From Dimorphilus gyrociliatus (lineage: Eukaryota; Animalia; Annelida): 64,000 nucleotides of DNA. Position 1 is the stretch's first letter. Each line of letters begins with the position of its first letter. Position numbers and translations under genes: made by a program. The notes under the pieces were generated by a model. That model did not search any database. It was not told the origin of the DNA and saw only the letters and a list, made by a program, of their open reading frames with translations. Positions 61,706 to 64,000 of the stretch are shown here, piece by piece. Location of the stretch: positions 930,001 through 994,000 of the forward strand of contig CAJFCJ010000002.1 in assembly GCA_904063045.1 (NCBI GenBank). Direction: 5' to 3'.

Positions 61706-61758
<53 letters not shown>

Positions 61759-62520
61759 AGCTACGAAGATAAATACATACGAAAGCGTTTGTTTCATACG
61801 CATGTTAAGATCCCTACATGATTAATCAATTAATCATAAAATAAACTACGACTATATACAAGCGAAATACAGACTCGTATTCATATTCTTACAAATATAT
61901 AGCAGTTGATATACGTCTATGTCTATGTCTATGTCTATGTCTGTGGCTATATATGCATAAGTATATATATATGCGGACATATATATCTATATATTTTGAT
62001 ATTAAGATTTATCAGCCTAATATATTTATTACTTACTCGCCGTCATGAACACGTTTATCATTCGATGACACCATGCAAGAGAACATGGCCCGCCACTTTC
62101 TCATTAAGTCCCTATTTTACACACTGCGCATCCTTCTGGACACTTTTCACTCTCTGACTACAGGGCGACGCTGGCATAACATTAATATGCCATAGTGCCA
62201 TCTATCGACTTTTCTGTTACTAAATTCAAATAGACTTACCAAGAACAGCTGCAACAGCAACACCAACAAAAACAGCAGGTTTTAGAGCCTCGTTCGGAAG
62301 AGGGCGAGGGAGGAGGAGAGTCGGTTGTGCCGCATTGTTTAGCGCTATTTCGTAGAGCACAATTTTCACTGTCTTGAAAAGTTCCGACACCTGAATTGCT
62401 ATTGCTGCTGCCGCTCACTCGGGCTACACTCATCTGAACGATAGTGACGGAAGGAATGACAGAACGAAGTAGGCGATTGAAAGATGTAGTAAGAATTTCA
62501 TGCGTCATATGACGAGCCAT
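60045..62520 (-). CDS. RGS17: RZ-family regulator of G-protein signalling (RGS17/19/20-like)
   Basis: Exons 62520-62240, 60698-60618, 60555-60494, 60397-60045. Spliced cysteine string [63 protein letters not shown]...EVSLDS...QIYTLMHRDSYPRFL. Co-ortholog of RGS17/19/20. Confidence 0.93.
61684..61754. repeat. Long (TA)n microsatellite in RGS intron 1
   Basis: Direct reading, about 35 units with two interruptions. Confidence 0.92.
61915..61942. repeat. (GTCTAT)4+ hexamer repeat in RGS intron 1
   Basis: Direct reading. Confidence 0.85.
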
Positions 62521-63200
62521 AGTTTACTACCCAAGGCCCGACCATGTCGTATATACAGTATTAATGAGAAAATAATTTTAGTTCAACCACATCCTTCATA
62601 AAATCAACGTCTGCAATTATATTCCGTTGCTTAGATTTTCTTTTTTCACGAGGAGGGGAAACTATAACATTTATGTTTCTAACCAATTATACAAACTATT
62701 GATACTACCGACCTCTCAGAAACAACAAAAATCATTGTCAAATTACGTAAACCTATAAAGAGAGCCAACGTTTCCGTTGCGGTTCAATGCAGTTGGTTAT
62801 GCAGACTCCACGCCATATTGAATTTGTAAAGCAAGGGCGCAGCACTGTAAACGCGCCAGGTGCTTTGCAGTAACCGACAGATGGCGGTCTCTATACTTCA
62901 AATTAGTAACTTTACAAATGTATTCTGAAAAACGACTTTCGACTCTAACAATTTTATAAAAATCTTAATTTTTATCTCCTACACAGAATAAAACAAAAAT
63001 TCTCAAGCAATCATCCAAACATTGGATCTACCCTCATCAAAGTTATCAAACCAAAACAAATACTAAAAATATACATGTTCAGAACTTGTCTTAAACTGCC
63101 AGAAAATGAAAAAGTATAATTAAGGATGCCAGTACAACAAAATATGTTGATCCCTTACAACACATTTACGCGGCTAAAAGTTTAATAAAAAAGAACACAA

Positions 63201-63982
<782 letters not shown>

Positions 63983-64000
63983 TTAGTAAATTAAAAATTT

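Noticed and set aside
60972-62157. Several 67-83 aa ORFs in RGS intron 1
   Set aside because: Products of TA-rich microsatellite sequence (IYIY repeats); not coding.

Overview
AT-rich, extremely gene-dense invertebrate animal DNA: 22 spliced protein-coding genes in 64 kb, with many introns of only about 45-75 nt. An innexin, an ApeC protein and an Aplysia-type PKA cassette point to a lophotrochozoan. The compaction fits a miniaturised annelid such as Dimorphilus, but this is inference only. Gene order: PLK (3' part, +), CFAP95 (-), PLPP-like (+), ApeC transmembrane protein (-), C1orf87-like (+), BBIP1 (-), RGS12/loco (+), ANKRD13C (+), SECISBP2L (-), innexin (-), claudin-like (-), ISYNA1 (+), Emx (-), neurocalcin (-), G-alpha-q (+), CDC42SE (-), HR3/ROR (+), PKA catalytic subunit (+), TIR-SAM-TIR-TIR protein (-), HMBOX1 (+), RZ-family RGS (-), ANP32 (3' part, -). 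CFAP95, CDC42SE and the Emx homeobox are absent from the ORF track and were assembled by hand. The main highlight is a modular PKA-C gene: up to four alternative N-termini, two mutually exclusive catalytic-loop exons and two complete duplicated 137-aa terminal exons, one lacking the Ser338-equivalent phosphosite. Other highlights are a triple-TIR/SAM protein, a membrane-anchored ApeC protein with a PPxY tail, and an RGS12 GoLoco motif that has lost its arginine finger. No rRNA, tRNA, CRISPR array or intact mobile element was recognised. All family assignments are by recall of conserved motifs, not by database search.
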